A stretch of DNA of 64,000 nucleotides from Yuukianura sp. NJ FZ-2021 (GCA_046563655.1 CM102285.1:6758001-6822000), one strand, 5' to 3'. Positions 40,942 to 52,354 are shown, counted from the first letter of the stretch. Program-made: numbers and translations. The notes: a model not told the origin generated them from the letters alone.

Positions 40942-42252
40942 ATGGAGCTTACCGTTCCAATGCACTCGAAGCTGGTGGACACAAATGCCAAATTGGACTT
41001 GTTTTCCATGCCAGATACCGAAGTTTCTTGCTTGCTGGACAATTATGTCAAAGTAGAGTCGTACTATGCAACAAAAGGAAATGAAAATCCGATTCATTTT
41101 TCGTTTTGGCAAATGGCCTACCTGGATTTGTCGGATTCGTTTTTCAGATTTGTAGTCTCCATTCGAAAAAAAGATGGTTCGGCACTCGGTGACACAGACA
41201 AGGTTGCTCCGGAAAATCTGTTCTTTCACACATTTATCGAAGATTTTAAAGTCGTTGTCAACAACACGCAAGTCGTGGCCCAGGGGCCAAGGGCATACCC
41301 GTACGAGGCTTGGATATTTACTCAACTTCAGCAAGGGATTGGTTCGAAAAGCAGTACATTGTCCAGGGAAATTTATTTTCCCGGCAATGTTATGGACAAC
41401 TTTGACGACACAAACCCAAGCGTCAAAGCTCGACTTGAGCTGGCAAAGAAAAGTAATCAATTTGAGATGATTGGACGCCCGATGCTTGGAATTTTCACTT
41501 CGCCGAGACTTTTCCCGCCAGGAACACGGTTCAATTTTCAAATTCAGCGGACCAACCCAGAGTTTTGCTTGTGCGGACCATCCTCTACATCTGAATACAA
41601 GGTTGAAGTGGAGTGTGCAGACTTTTACGTTCGCCAATATCGTCTAAATGAAAAGTTGACTACTCAACTTCGCACCGCATTTGCAAAAAAGAAAATGGCA
41701 TTGTACTCTTTTGACAACGCCGTCAAGTTCTCTACGTATGTACCCATTGGGGTCACCGAATTTGAAATTCCAAAAATTATGCCTACCGCAATTCGGCCAA
41801 AGCTTCTCTGCATTGCAATTACGACAAGCGAAGTCGTCAATGGCAAACTCGAAAAGTCACCGTTTAATTTCAAACCACATGGAATCAAAAACATGAAACT
41901 CAAATTCGAAGGAAAGGGAGTTGTTTTTGAGGAAATGAACTTTGAAAACAAAAATTACATGCTGGCCTACAGCAACATGTGCAAGTTAATTTCACATGGA
42001 ACCGACGGAAACGACATTACATATGAGCAATTTGTAAAGGGCAATGCGATTTTTGTGTTTGACACTCAAAACTTGAGATCAGACACGTTCAACCCTGGAA
42101 AAATTGGACAATTTGCATTGGGCCTTAGTTTTGACGAAAAGACAAAGGAAGAGCTAATGGTTATCACCATTGCCGTGGAAGACGTTATACTGGAAATTGG
42201 AGAAGGCGGACTAACGCGTTTTGCATCTACGAAAAGCATTTTTTTCAAGTAA
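40942..42252 (+). CDS. Polinton/adintovirus-type major capsid protein (double jelly-roll; F54H12.2/PY-like), full length, 436 aa
   Basis: Family motifs recognised along the whole length: KLDLFSMPDT, YLDLSDSF, APENLFFHTF..FKVVVNN, YPYEAWIFTQL, RPKLLCIAI, KSPFNFK, GNDITYEQFVKGNAIFVFD, FALGLSF, VITIAVEDVILEI. Confidence 0.85.
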   Translation: MELTVPMHSKLVDTNAKLDLFSMPDTEVSCLLDNYVKVESYYATKGNENPIHFSFWQMAYLDLSDSFFRFVVSIRKKDGSALGDTDKVAPENLFFHTFIEDFKVVVNNTQVVAQGPRAYPYEAWIFTQLQQGIGSKSSTLSREIYFPGNVMDNFDDTNPSVKARLELAKKSNQFEMIGRPMLGIFTSPRLFPPGTRFNFQIQRTNPEFCLCGPSSTSEYKVEVECADFYVRQYRLNEKLTTQLRTAFAKKKMALYSFDNAVKFSTYVPIGVTEFEIPKIMPTAIRPKLLCIAITTSEVVNGKLEKSPFNFKPHGIKNMKLKFEGKGVVFEEMNFENKNYMLAYSNMCKLISHGTDGNDITYEQFVKGNAIFVFDTQNLRSDTFNPGKIGQFALGLSFDEKTKEELMVITIAVEDVILEIGEGGLTRFASTKSIFFK

Positions 42253-42299
42253 TTTTTCTCAACTTAAAATTTCAAAGCGTTCCTTCATATGTATTCCAC

Positions 42300-43277
42300 T
42301 CACAATACTTTATACAATTCATAATCTTGTGTAATGTATGGTATGAGCTTGAAAAACGGTGACTTTTCGAGTTTGCCATTGACGACTTCGCTTGTCGTAA
42401 TTGCAATGCAGAGAAGCTTTGGCCGAATTGCGGTAGGCATAATTTTTGGAATTTCAAATTCGGTGACCCCAATGGGTACATACGTAGAGAACTTGACGGC
42501 GTTGTCAAAAGAGTACAATGCCATTTTCTTTTTTGCAAATGCGGTGCGAAGTTGAGTAGTCAACTTTTCATTTAGACGATATTGGCGAACGTAAAAGTCT
42601 GCACACTCCACTTCAACCTTGTATTCAGATGTAGAGGATGGTCCGCACAAGCAAAACTCTGGGTTGGTCCGCTGAATTTGAAAATTGAACCGTGTTCCTG
42701 GCGGGAAAAGTCTCGGCGAAGTGAAAATTCCAAGCATCGGGCGTCCAATCATCTCAAATTGATTACTTTTCTTTGCCAGCTCAAGTCGAGCTTTGACGCT
42801 TGGGTTTGTGTCGTCAAAGTTGTCCATAACATTGCCGGGAAAATAAATTTCCCTGGACAATGTACTGCTTTTCGAACCAATCCCTTGCTGAAGTTGAGTA
42901 AATATCCAAGCCTCGTACGGGTATGCCCTTGGCCCCTGGGCCGCGACTTGCGTGTTGTTGACAACGACTTTAAAATCTTCGATAAATGTGTGAAAGAACA
43001 GATTTTCCGGAGCAACCTTGTCTGTGTCACCGAGTGCCGAACCATCTTTTTTTCGAATGGAGACTACAAATCTGAAAAACGAATCCGACAAATCCAGGTA
43101 GGCCATTTGCCAAAACGAAAAATGAATCGGATTTTCATTTCCTTTTGTTGCATAGTACGACTCTACTTTGACATAATTGTCCAGCAAGCAAGAAACTTCG
43201 GTATCTGGCATGGAAAACAAGTCCAATTTGGCATTTGTGTCCACCAGCTTCGAGTGCATTGGAACGGTAAGCTCCAT
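42300..43277 (-). CDS. Second, C-terminally truncated copy of the MCP gene (325 aa), convergent with the first
   Basis: Identical to the first ~308 aa except V112A, then runs into the spacer (FKLIPYITQDYELYKVL*). Confidence 0.8.
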   Translation of the reverse strand: MELTVPMHSKLVDTNAKLDLFSMPDTEVSCLLDNYVKVESYYATKGNENPIHFSFWQMAYLDLSDSFFRFVVSIRKKDGSALGDTDKVAPENLFFHTFIEDFKVVVNNTQVAAQGPRAYPYEAWIFTQLQQGIGSKSSTLSREIYFPGNVMDNFDDTNPSVKARLELAKKSNQFEMIGRPMLGIFTSPRLFPPGTRFNFQIQRTNPEFCLCGPSSTSEYKVEVECADFYVRQYRLNEKLTTQLRTAFAKKKMALYSFDNAVKFSTYVPIGVTEFEIPKIMPTAIRPKLLCIAITTSEVVNGKLEKSPFFKLIPYITQDYELYKVL

Positions 43278-43702
43278 TTCCGTGGTTAGTTGGCCTCGTT
43301 TTAGGTCAAGTCTGTGAGATATTGTTGGGGTATTTTAATTTGCTAAAAATCGCTGAACCTCAACAATGTAGAGCCAATTGTTGTCTAAAGTACGTCGAGA
43401 GATGAGGTCGATAAGAGGTGCCGATGCCGACTGGCGACCGTTTGGATGCAAATGTCCAACTTTTTGGCAGAAAAGTGTATTAAATTTGGCTTTTGGGTAC
43501 CGATTGGCGACCGTTTGAAGACAACTGTGCTCACTAAACGTACAATTTTGCACAATTTTTTGGCGGAGAGGTGTTGTCACCTCGGCTTTCGCATGCCGAC
43601 TGGCCGCCAAACTGGCTAATAATGCTAATTTATAGTAGTCAAAAGGTGGAGAGACTTTAGTTTCTACTATACTTAATGACAAATGTGTAAAGGCAAGTGG
43701 TT

Positions 43703-44260
43703 TCACCGCAGAAGCAGGCTACCATTTGCACCATTCTTATACGAAGTAGCATACTTAAGTCCAGTTTGCCCCCTTTTTGGTTTCCTTTTTGAAGTTTTTC
43801 TAGTTGATTTCTTTCCTGCAACGTCAGTTTGGGCGACTTTTTGATGTTTTTTGTTCTTTTTTGTTGAATCTGTATCAGATTCTGCTCCACTACAGCGTGG
43901 GGATTCGATTCTCTCCTCTTTTCTTCCCCCTTTTTCTCGTTTTCGCGTCAATTTCGTAGACTTTGACCCTTTGCGGCGTGATTTTTTCGATGTTTTGCGT
44001 GTTTCTGTGTCACATGGCGACATTTGGTGTGGGATATGCTGTTCAAATGGCGACATTCTTCCATGCTGCAGCGACGTTTTTTGCAACTTGCGAGGTACCT
44101 TGGACCGTCCGTCAGAATCGTCATCCTCAACTCTCGCGTTTCTTCGATTAGCCGATTCCAGAACTTGCAATTCTTCATTTGAGAGGAACCCCATTACCTG
44201 ATTTCCATCCTCGTTTTTCGTTTTCTTGCTATTCTTTGGCGTAACTTGTGCAGAATCCAT
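43703..44260 (-). CDS. Intact K/R/S-rich low-complexity basic protein (~185 aa from ATG), putative DNA-condensing core protein
   Basis: MDSAQVTPKNSKKTKN...RKTSKKSRRKGSKSTKLTRKREK...KKSTRKTSKRKPKRG; lies downstream of the CCAAT array and TATA box; function inferred from composition only. Confidence 0.5.
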   Translation of the reverse strand: MDSAQVTPKNSKKTKNEDGNQVMGFLSNEELQVLESANRRNARVEDDDSDGRSKVPRKLQKTSLQHGRMSPFEQHIPHQMSPCDTETRKTSKKSRRKGSKSTKLTRKREKGGRKEERIESPRCSGAESDTDSTKKNKKHQKVAQTDVAGKKSTRKTSKRKPKRGQTGLKYATSYKNGANGSLLLR

Positions 44261-46255
44261 TGTACCAGTGTCGCTCTCAGTCAAAAACACCCTTGAGGTT
44301 ACTTTTGCTTCCTGCTTTGCCAGCACGCCCTTTCCGGTTGCTCTTCAAACTACAAATGAGTATGGTTTGGTAAAGCAGTGAAGATTAAATGTTTTCCAAA
44401 CTGGCCAGTTTATAATGTTCTGGCGCACACAGCATGCTGTATATACGCCAGGGTTCCGCAACAAATGATGTCTCGAGACCACTTTTTATGATTCCACGAG
44501 TTTATTTTATTGCACTTTCTAGAAAAAAATGGCAGAGGATTTTAAAACATTTTGCGACCAGCCACTGCCATTGGTGGGACTAGGCCATTTTTGAACGACA
44601 TGTCGACCAATCAGAAGCGAGCTGCACGCCCATTGGCTGAAAATTGGTATAGGGCTTGGGATTTTGACCAATCAAATTGCAGCAATGTACTGGCCACGCC
44701 CACTGATGCAACGACTCGTCGACCAATCAGAAGCGAGATGGACGCCAATTGGCTGAAATTGGTATACAGGTTGGGATTTTGACCAATCAAATTTCAGTAT
44801 TGTACTAGCCACGCCCTTTGTGGCAACAACACGTCGACCAATCAGAAGTCAGGTTGACGCACTTTGTCGTCAGACTCGAGGGATTTGAACGTCCTTGGGC
44901 AGTTGACTTGCGATAAAGCTATTTCCCTGCCCATTCAAAACGACTAGCATGTGTAATTTTGAAGGACTAGCGGACCAATAGTAAACGAGGTTGACGTCTA
45001 GCGGCAGAAATTAGTCGGTGAGATTTGTGATTTTGAAAAAACCAATACCAAAATGAGCACTGGGTGTCGTATAAACTTGCGTACCAACACTCCACGGATC
45101 ATAAGCAACTAGATGGAAACGCTGACTTAGTCAAATTGTAGCATTGAAATGGTTACGCAATGCTTTTGCGGTGAGTGAACCGTTATTCACTCGGCGAAAA
45201 GCTAGGCTGCAGAACTCCCACCAATCCCTTGTGTTTGCAAATTAGGTTTGTATTGCAAATAAGTTTGTATTTTGTACACGAGTCAACCAATTCACAAGGT
45301 CAAAAGTTTTCATTGCTTGAACTTGTCGTAAGTTTTTTTCGTGCATTCTAATTAGCGATCGCGACACGGAAGTAATTGGCAATTAAAAAACCGCAAACGT
45401 GCAAGACAAACAGTAGGTTAGGTCTTGTGTCATCTCAAAATATTTTCGAAATATATTTAGAAAGGAACCTGATGTTTACAAAGAAATATTTTTGAGAATT
45501 TATTATTTAAAAGGGTTTCCGAGAAAAATAGTTTCCGTGAAAGTAGTATTTTTAAACACAAAAAAAAATTAAAAACCAAATTAAATGCCAAGTTTAAAAT
45601 GAGCCCAAGCTATAAAAAAAAACTAAAAAGTTGCATAAAAGTGCAAAGAAGAGAGGATTTTTCAGGTGGGACTCAAACCACAAAACCGCAAAATATTTTT
45701 TAAATTATTTTTAAAAACTAATTAAACTCTTAAACATACAGTGAGCATGGGCCAAAACCAAATATAAAAAGTTGCACAAAAGTGCAAAAAGAAAAACCAA
45801 AAGTGCAAAAGAAAAGGGGGGAAGGGGGGGGAGTTAGTCACCCAATCCATTGACTGATATTGACGTAACGTTGATGCCCGATAACTGTACGGGAATTCGT
45901 AGGAGATTTCTAGTAAAATAAGTTATAATGTAGTGAATCACTAGGCAAATAAAAATGTCAAAAATTGTGATGCGCATTAAATTAAATGAAAGCCCACTAA
46001 ACATGAAATAACCTCTATACACCTGATTGCAAACATATCAGTGAGTAGGTACACAAATCAAGAATTTTGAAACCAAAATTATGAAACTTAAATGAGAATG
46101 TCAAAATGCTAACATGATACGGTAAAACTATGGGTGCCACAAACGTGCGTAAAGAAGTGGAAAACTTAATGCGTGAAGTCTTAAATTTATCCTCCAAACA
46201 CAGACTTCGATAAATTCCACCTCAAATTGAGATTGGCAACACATAACCCAAAGGG

Positions 46256-46615
46256 GGGTACGCCATTTCATCGAATGAATTACAACGTGGTGAATTTCGC
46301 CGAAGGAATTTCCCCGAAACCATTCACAACGAAAGTTCAATTACCCCGAAGCGAATTACAACGAAAGTGCAATTACAACAAAAGTCAATGGATTCCGGCT
46401 AGCTTACGATGGGTTACCGCGCCGAAGTCGCGGCGACAGGTTTGGCAAAGCACGTAATAAGTGATTACGTCTGTAGGTTCTAATTGTCTAAGCCTGGCTA
46501 TGGTTACACCGTTGGAGTTAGTACTTCGTTGTACTTTCGTTGTAATTGATTTCGGGGAAATTCCTGCGATGAAATTGACTTCGTTGTAATTCACTCGATG
46601 AAATGACATCGAACC
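46256..46615. mobile_element. Foldback MITE
   Basis: CATTTCATCGAATGAATTACAACG...GGAATTTCCCCGAAA mirrored by TTTCGGGGAAATTCC...CGTTGTAATTCACTCGATGAAATG. Confidence 0.6.
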
Positions 46616-48992
46616 AAGCCAAAGCCGGATGATTGCTGGGCCTAGGCGAGGTGTAAATGAATTGAATGAATTGCATCTCACGGAGAATTGCTTCCAAAAA
46701 TTTTATTCTGATAATGTTCAAGGATAGGTTTTTTTTAGAAGAAATTCATATATATTTTTATATATATATGATTTTATCATATATTTGATCTTAAAGATTT
46801 CTTTACAGTCATTTGGTCAATTTCTGATGGAACTCCTTGTACGTAGTAGAACTCCATTTCCAATAAACGCAGCAGCTCTGCAGTGCAAAGTCTGCACCGG
46901 CAGATACAGGAGTTGTCTCCAACACTAATAACGATACAGAAAAAATCAAATTCATTTTAACGTGTATATATCCGTTAATAGTGTGATCCGTAAAATACGT
47001 GTTGGGATCTGAAATTAGGATATTTTTTGTAAGTTTTAGCTTGTGCCTCGGTAAATTCAAAATAGCGTTTTTGTGTTATTTTTAGGTTTTTGCTTGAAAG
47101 AAAAAGAGGAGAGTCGGAGTTTAGACCAGTTAAGATAGGACCAGTTCGAAAAAAGTGTAAAAAGGGTTAACTGGTCAATTAAGTAAAATAAATCGAACAA
47201 CGAAGGATTCAGTCATCTAGCGGTTAGCAATCGACTGTCCTTACGATAGGCAATTGCAGATTCTGAACAACTCATATATTCCCGGCCCCACTTTCTCGCC
47301 CTCCCCCCCCCCCTCTCCAGGGGGAGTGGGTGTGTTTCCCCCACTTTCCCGCCACCCCCCCCCAGGGGGGAATGGGAGTTTTCTCCCAAATTTCCCGCCC
47401 CCACAGGGGTAGTGGGGGTGTTCCCCCCAATTTCCCTCCTCCAGCTTGAGTGGGGTGTTCCTCACACTTCCTTAGATGCGGTGGAATAAATATAGATAAT
47501 ACTTAGATGCGGTCGGATGAAGCCTGACAAGAGTTTTCTTTGAGTGTAAGTTTTAATGTGAAGCTTAAATATATTCGTGTTGTTAAATATTACCAAGGTT
47601 GACCAACACAAATCAAAAATGCATTGTTAAGAGCAGTAGCATATACAACGGTCTTAAACGACTGTTTGTTGACTGTTGAATGTAGCTGTTGAAATTCTAC
47701 AACGATGTTTTTAATTCAGAAACTTAGGTCAAATATCAGGATTATTATTATTAGAATTAAAAACGCTGGTAAAATGTTTTTTTAAACACTAACATTCTAA
47801 CCGCAACATATTGAGTTTGGTAACATGGTACCAAAAATTAATACTTAGATGCGGTCAAATGAGGCATGACAAGAGTTTTCTTTGAGTGCAAATTTTAAGG
47901 TAAAGCTTAAATATATTCGTTGTTAAATAATACCAAGGTTGATGTAGAATTTCAACGCAACGTATCCTTAGTTTGGTTACTTTTGCGACTTCAGTTAAAC
48001 CATACATTATCAGTTATTCAGTTATACAACAAATGGGTCGTTGAATTTTGACTGAAACTTGTTGTAGATTTTAAAGCCATTGTGAACAACGAGAAGCTTC
48101 CTGGAGTACTGCAACCTCTTTATGAGTGTTCGATTCTTACCAAATAAACCTGTTGTAAACCGCCCATAAAGATAATAGCGAAGAAATAGGTCAGTTTTTT
48201 AAAGCGTACTGAACGCCCCCCCCCCTCGCCGATGGCGTGTTCCACCCACTCTTCCGCCCCACAAGGGTCGGAAGAGTGGGGTGTTTTCCTCCCTTTCCCG
48301 GTCTCCATGGGGAGTGGGGTGTGTTCCCCCATTTTCCCGCCCCCAGGGGGAATGGGGGTGTTCCCCCACTTTCCCGGAAAGCGTTTCCACTGGAAACGGA
48401 ACTGAACGCAACTTGAACATTCTTACCGTCAACACCAAATACTACGACAGTAAACTATCATAGGTATCGTTGGAATTCAGAATGTCTTCGTTGACCACAG
48501 AGAGAAGCTCCTTGAATTTCATGGCTTAAGCTGATATCAGTGTGGACCTGGCAGCAGGACTTGCTGATACTGATTTTGCAGCGTACGAGAGAAACTTGCC
48601 CCTTGATGAAAGATGAATTCATTCGTAATTAATTACCAATTTTCGATTTTTAGTCTTCTGGAGACGCACGTCTACGGCGTGCTGAAGAAGACTATTGATA
48701 CGACTTTGTCTGTGTGTTCATTTTTTAGGACTTGTTGCACTGAAACATAAGCCCTCTTCTGTTCGGGGGGTTATGTTTGCCTCAAGTGTTTTCAGTAGGT
48801 CTATATTCCACTCAAAGTGTTAAATTAACAACGTAGAGGCAGGCGGCTACTTTACGTACCCGCAGTATCGTGGCTCGGCAAAACTGTTTTGGTTTCGATT
48901 GCACTCAAAATATATATAAACAACGAAGTTTTGATCTGGTCATTTTCTGGCAGTATGTTTAATTACGTTGTTAAATTAACACTGATCAGAGG

Positions 48993-49425
48993 CACAGTGG
49001 CGCCGATTGCTTCAAACAACGGCAAGCGTTTCGGGGGAAACAAATTGATTGTTAGAAAATACACAATTATGGAGACAAAACAGTCGCTAAATTATCGACA
49101 TAGCAACCGATAGTACAGCGCGATTTCAGTTTTTATGATTGACAAACTGGTTTTCCCCTCATAGACGCAATTTTTCACCAACTTCAAAAATCAGTTAAAA
49201 ATACTAAATTGGTAAAGTGGCGCCAAGTGGCGGTCGGACTTGGTACGTGATGCTGTCTAGTTTTTATTGCGATGTTCAGGGTATCTGTAGGTAACGGACA
49301 TTTTTGGACGATTTGATCTTTGTAAATCCTGATTTTGGCGTTCATTTTTAATGTAATTTCTAAAAATCAACTTAACGTTTCCCGTGACAACCGTGGCGCC
49401 TGTTTGAAGCAACGACCCCACTGTG
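48993..49425. mobile_element. Transib-type MITE
   Basis: Ends CACAGTGG / CCACTGTG with extended TIR (TTGCTTCAAACA); 5-bp TSD AGAGG. Confidence 0.85.
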
Positions 49426-49792
49426 AGAGGGTAGAAAATCCGGCTTAAATGTTTAATATGTGAATGGTGCATAACATGGGTCAAATTTGCATTAGAAATT
49501 TTTATAATTTCGATTTCAACAAGCGATATTCGACCCCTCACCCCAGCGTTTATTTTTGTGCATGTTGTGCACTTATGACCACCAAGGATACATAAACGCT
49601 GAATTGTGCATTTACGTGAACCAATTTTGATTTAAAAAAGCTATGTTGGACCACGACCCCTCAACGTTCCATTTTGTGCAAACTTATCAGTAGGTGCACA
49701 TAAATGCCGAATTGCGCAGTTATTTTGACGCTGGGTAATGGACGTTGTTAATTCAAAATTTGTGCATACTGGAGAACAACTGCACATACATC

Positions 49793-50357
49793 CACAGTGG
49801 TCGGATTTTGAAAAAAAGGCTCGGTTCTTATTTGAAACAAACTTTAATCACAACGTTTCCATTGGCAACTGAGAAAGTTGAAAGAAGGAAACAGTGTGGG
49901 GCCTGGATTAACCGTTGACTCTGACTCGAAAAACGACTTGGACTTGATTGACGACCGACCAAACAGGCACAAAAGACTATGAATAGTTTGGTCTCAGTTT
50001 TTTTTTTCGAAAGTACGCTAAATCTCAAGGTATAACATCAAGTTGCGGGTGCGAAATCACAATCTCGTAAATTAGGATTACTGCAACCAAGAAAATAAAC
50101 AAGAATTCCCAAATACTTCGGGTAAGCCTTGCGCTCTATTTAACCATTATGCGCAAATTTGCACATCAAAATTTCGTAGATCAAGGCTTCCAGAACGCTA
50201 ATCACCATTGGGTTTGTCATTAGAGGGTGAGGCATTTTGAGGCAAAAAATCAATCGGTACCTCAATTTTTGGGTCAAAATGACACTGATAAGTTAGTTTG
50301 TTTACAAAATTTATTCGATTCCATGAGAACTAAATAATAAAAAAAAAAACCACTGTG
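49793..50357. mobile_element. Transib-type MITE (second family)
   Basis: Ends CACAGTGGT / ACCACTGTG; 5-bp TSD ACATC. Confidence 0.8.
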
Positions 50358-50944
50358 ACATCTTTTAGCATGGTGATTACATCCGAATACTTGTGGATTT
50401 ACATTAACAGATTTAAGGGCATTCTAATCTTGTGCACACTTGAGCACAATTCGATGTGAAAATATTGTGCTTCAAAATAATTTTGAAGAGAATGAAGACT
50501 GTTCAGAGCTCACGCTGCACAACATTTTTATGCAAACGGTTTTTTTACATTTTGCTGCAATTGTGCACATGAATGCCCCACATCTGCACTGAAAATTATG
50601 AGCGATGTTTCGTTGCATAAATCTCGTGAAAGCGGTTTCTTAACGTTTTTCTTGCACCGGTTTGCGGACAGCCAGTCAAAATCCATATCAATCGCCAACT
50701 CCTTCCAGAAGACCAATGCTTAACCCTTGAGCATCGCCCTACCTTGTTTCGATTATGTCTTTCCTCAAGGAAAATTTGTCCAAGTTCGATATTTTCCGAT
50801 CTTACTGCAAATGATACTAAACTTGGAGTTGTCAAGGGTGCGTTTTTAAAAAGAAAGAACACTACATGAATAAAAGCTAGTGCCACATATGGATAAGAAG
50901 AGAAGGAAGCAGTTCGTAATGCAACAAATGACACCAGAAAAAAT

Positions 50945-52131
50945 AGTTGACAAATAGAAAGGGTCTTATATTACTAATTATGGCCCTAACCAAAAATTGC
51001 CATATCTCGCGTATTTTCGCTATAAAAGCCTAGCGATATAAGAGTTCACGACTGCCTCGTTTGAGCATTCTGATTTTATAAATTTTGAATTTTTCTGTGT
51101 ACCGGTGTTGCCCACCTGATATATTCCTATAGCGTCAAATTTTTATCAACGTTTTTCCGTTGCACTCAAGTTGACAAATAGAAAGGGTCTTGTATTACTA
51201 ATTATGGCCCTAACCAAAAATTGCCATATCTCGCGTATTTTCGCTATAAAAGCCGTGCGATATAAGAGTTCACGACTGCCTCGTTTGAGCATTCTGATTT
51301 TTTAAATTTTGAATTTTTCTGAGTACCGGTGTTGCCCGCCTGATATATTCCTATAGCCTCAAATTTTTATCAACGTTTTTCCGTTGCACTCAAGTTGACA
51401 AATAGAACGGGTCTTGTATTACTAATTATGGCCCTAACCAAAAATTGCCATATCTCGCGTATTTTCGCTATAAAAGCCGTGCGATATAAGAGTTCACGAC
51501 TGCCTCGTTTGAGCATTCTGATTTTTTAAATTTTGAATTTTTCTGAGTACCGGTGTTGCCCGCCTGATATATTCCTATAGCCTCAAATTTTTATCAACGT
51601 TTTTCCGTTGCACTCAAGTTGACAAATAGAACGGGTCTTGTATTACTAATTATGGCCCTAACCAAAAATTGCCATATCTCGCGTATTTTCGCTATAAAAG
51701 CCGTGCGATATAAGAGTTCACGACTGCCTCGTTTGAGCATTCTGATTTTTTAAATTTTGAATTTTTCTGAGTACCGGTGTTGCCCGCCTGATATATTCCT
51801 ATAGCCTCAAATTTTTATCAACGTTTTTCCGTTGCACTCAAGTTGACAAATAGAACGGGTCTTGTATTACTAATTATGGCCCTAACCAAAAATTGCCATA
51901 TCTCGCGTATTTTCGCTATAAAAGCCGTGCGATATAAGAGTTCACGACTGCCTCGTTTGAGCATTCTGATTTTTTAAATTTTGAATTTTTCTGAGTACCG
52001 GTGTTGCCCGCCTGATATATTCCTATAGCCTCAAATTTTTATCAACGTTTTTCCGTTGCACTCAAGTTGACAAATAGAAAGGGTCTTATATTACTAATTA
52101 TGGCCCTAACCAAAAATTGCCATATCTCGCG
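50945..52131. repeat. 224-bp tandem satellite, about 5.3 units here; the remainder is at 58002-58182
   Basis: AGTTGACAAATAGAA recurs at 50945, 51169, 51393, 51617, 51841 and 52065; units are nearly identical. Confidence 0.95.
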
Positions 52132-52354
52132 TTTTTTTTTTTTTTTTGATTGATTCGTTTATTTATATCCTTTTGATCACCTTTGAGTTACATATTATTA
52201 AGACCCCCACTAATGGTTTTACATCTTAATAACCTAGTTCTTAATTTTATCTAATATTAGTGTTAAAATTACTCGTAAATTTAAAATTACACATAAAATT
52301 GCGCACTTAACTTACTTAACTAAAATTCGCACTTAACTTAACTTACATCTAAAC

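Larger units (their letters stand above)
31751..45855. mobile_element. Palindromic non-autonomous Polinton/Maverick-derived element (capsid plus basic protein only), interrupted by a BEL/Pao retrotransposon
   Basis: Termini AGTCAATGG..GGGTGACTAACT / AGTTAGTCACCC..CCATTGACT; 6-bp TSD GATATT (31745-31750, 45856-45861); left arm 31751-41865 (minus the LTR insertion) is the reverse complement of right arm 42354-45855; encodes a Polinton MCP-like protein. Confidence 0.88.
48648..50746 (+). mobile_element. Helentron-associated (HINE/DINE-1-like) non-autonomous element with two nested Transib MITEs
   Basis: 5' TTTAGTCTTCTGGAG subterminal IR paired with 3' TCCAGAAGAC; 3' stem-loop ATGCTTAACCCTTGAGCAT then GCCCTACCTTG; homologous to 55691-57555. 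Confidence 0.7.

Noticed and set aside
40513..41637. 123-aa ORF upstream of the MCP and 235-aa antisense ORF within it (and their mirror copies)
   Set aside because: Non-ATG or shadow ORFs with no recognisable motifs; duplicated only because of the palindrome.
31751..45855. Palindrome as an assembly or chimeric-read artefact
   Set aside because: Unique flanks with a 6-bp TSD, a BEL insertion in one arm only, SNP/indel differences between arms and a unique spacer all argue for real DNA. Read-level confirmation is still needed.
47270..48380. C/G-run-rich segments and repeated ACTTAGATGCGGT blocks
   Set aside because: Probably degenerate TE fragments; termini and TSD could not be defined.
50945..52131. 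224-bp unit as an SL RNA, snRNA or 5S gene array
   Set aside because: An Sm-like AATTTTGA is present, but I could not identify a leader/donor structure or recognisable RNA gene sequence. An Infernal/Rfam search would be needed.
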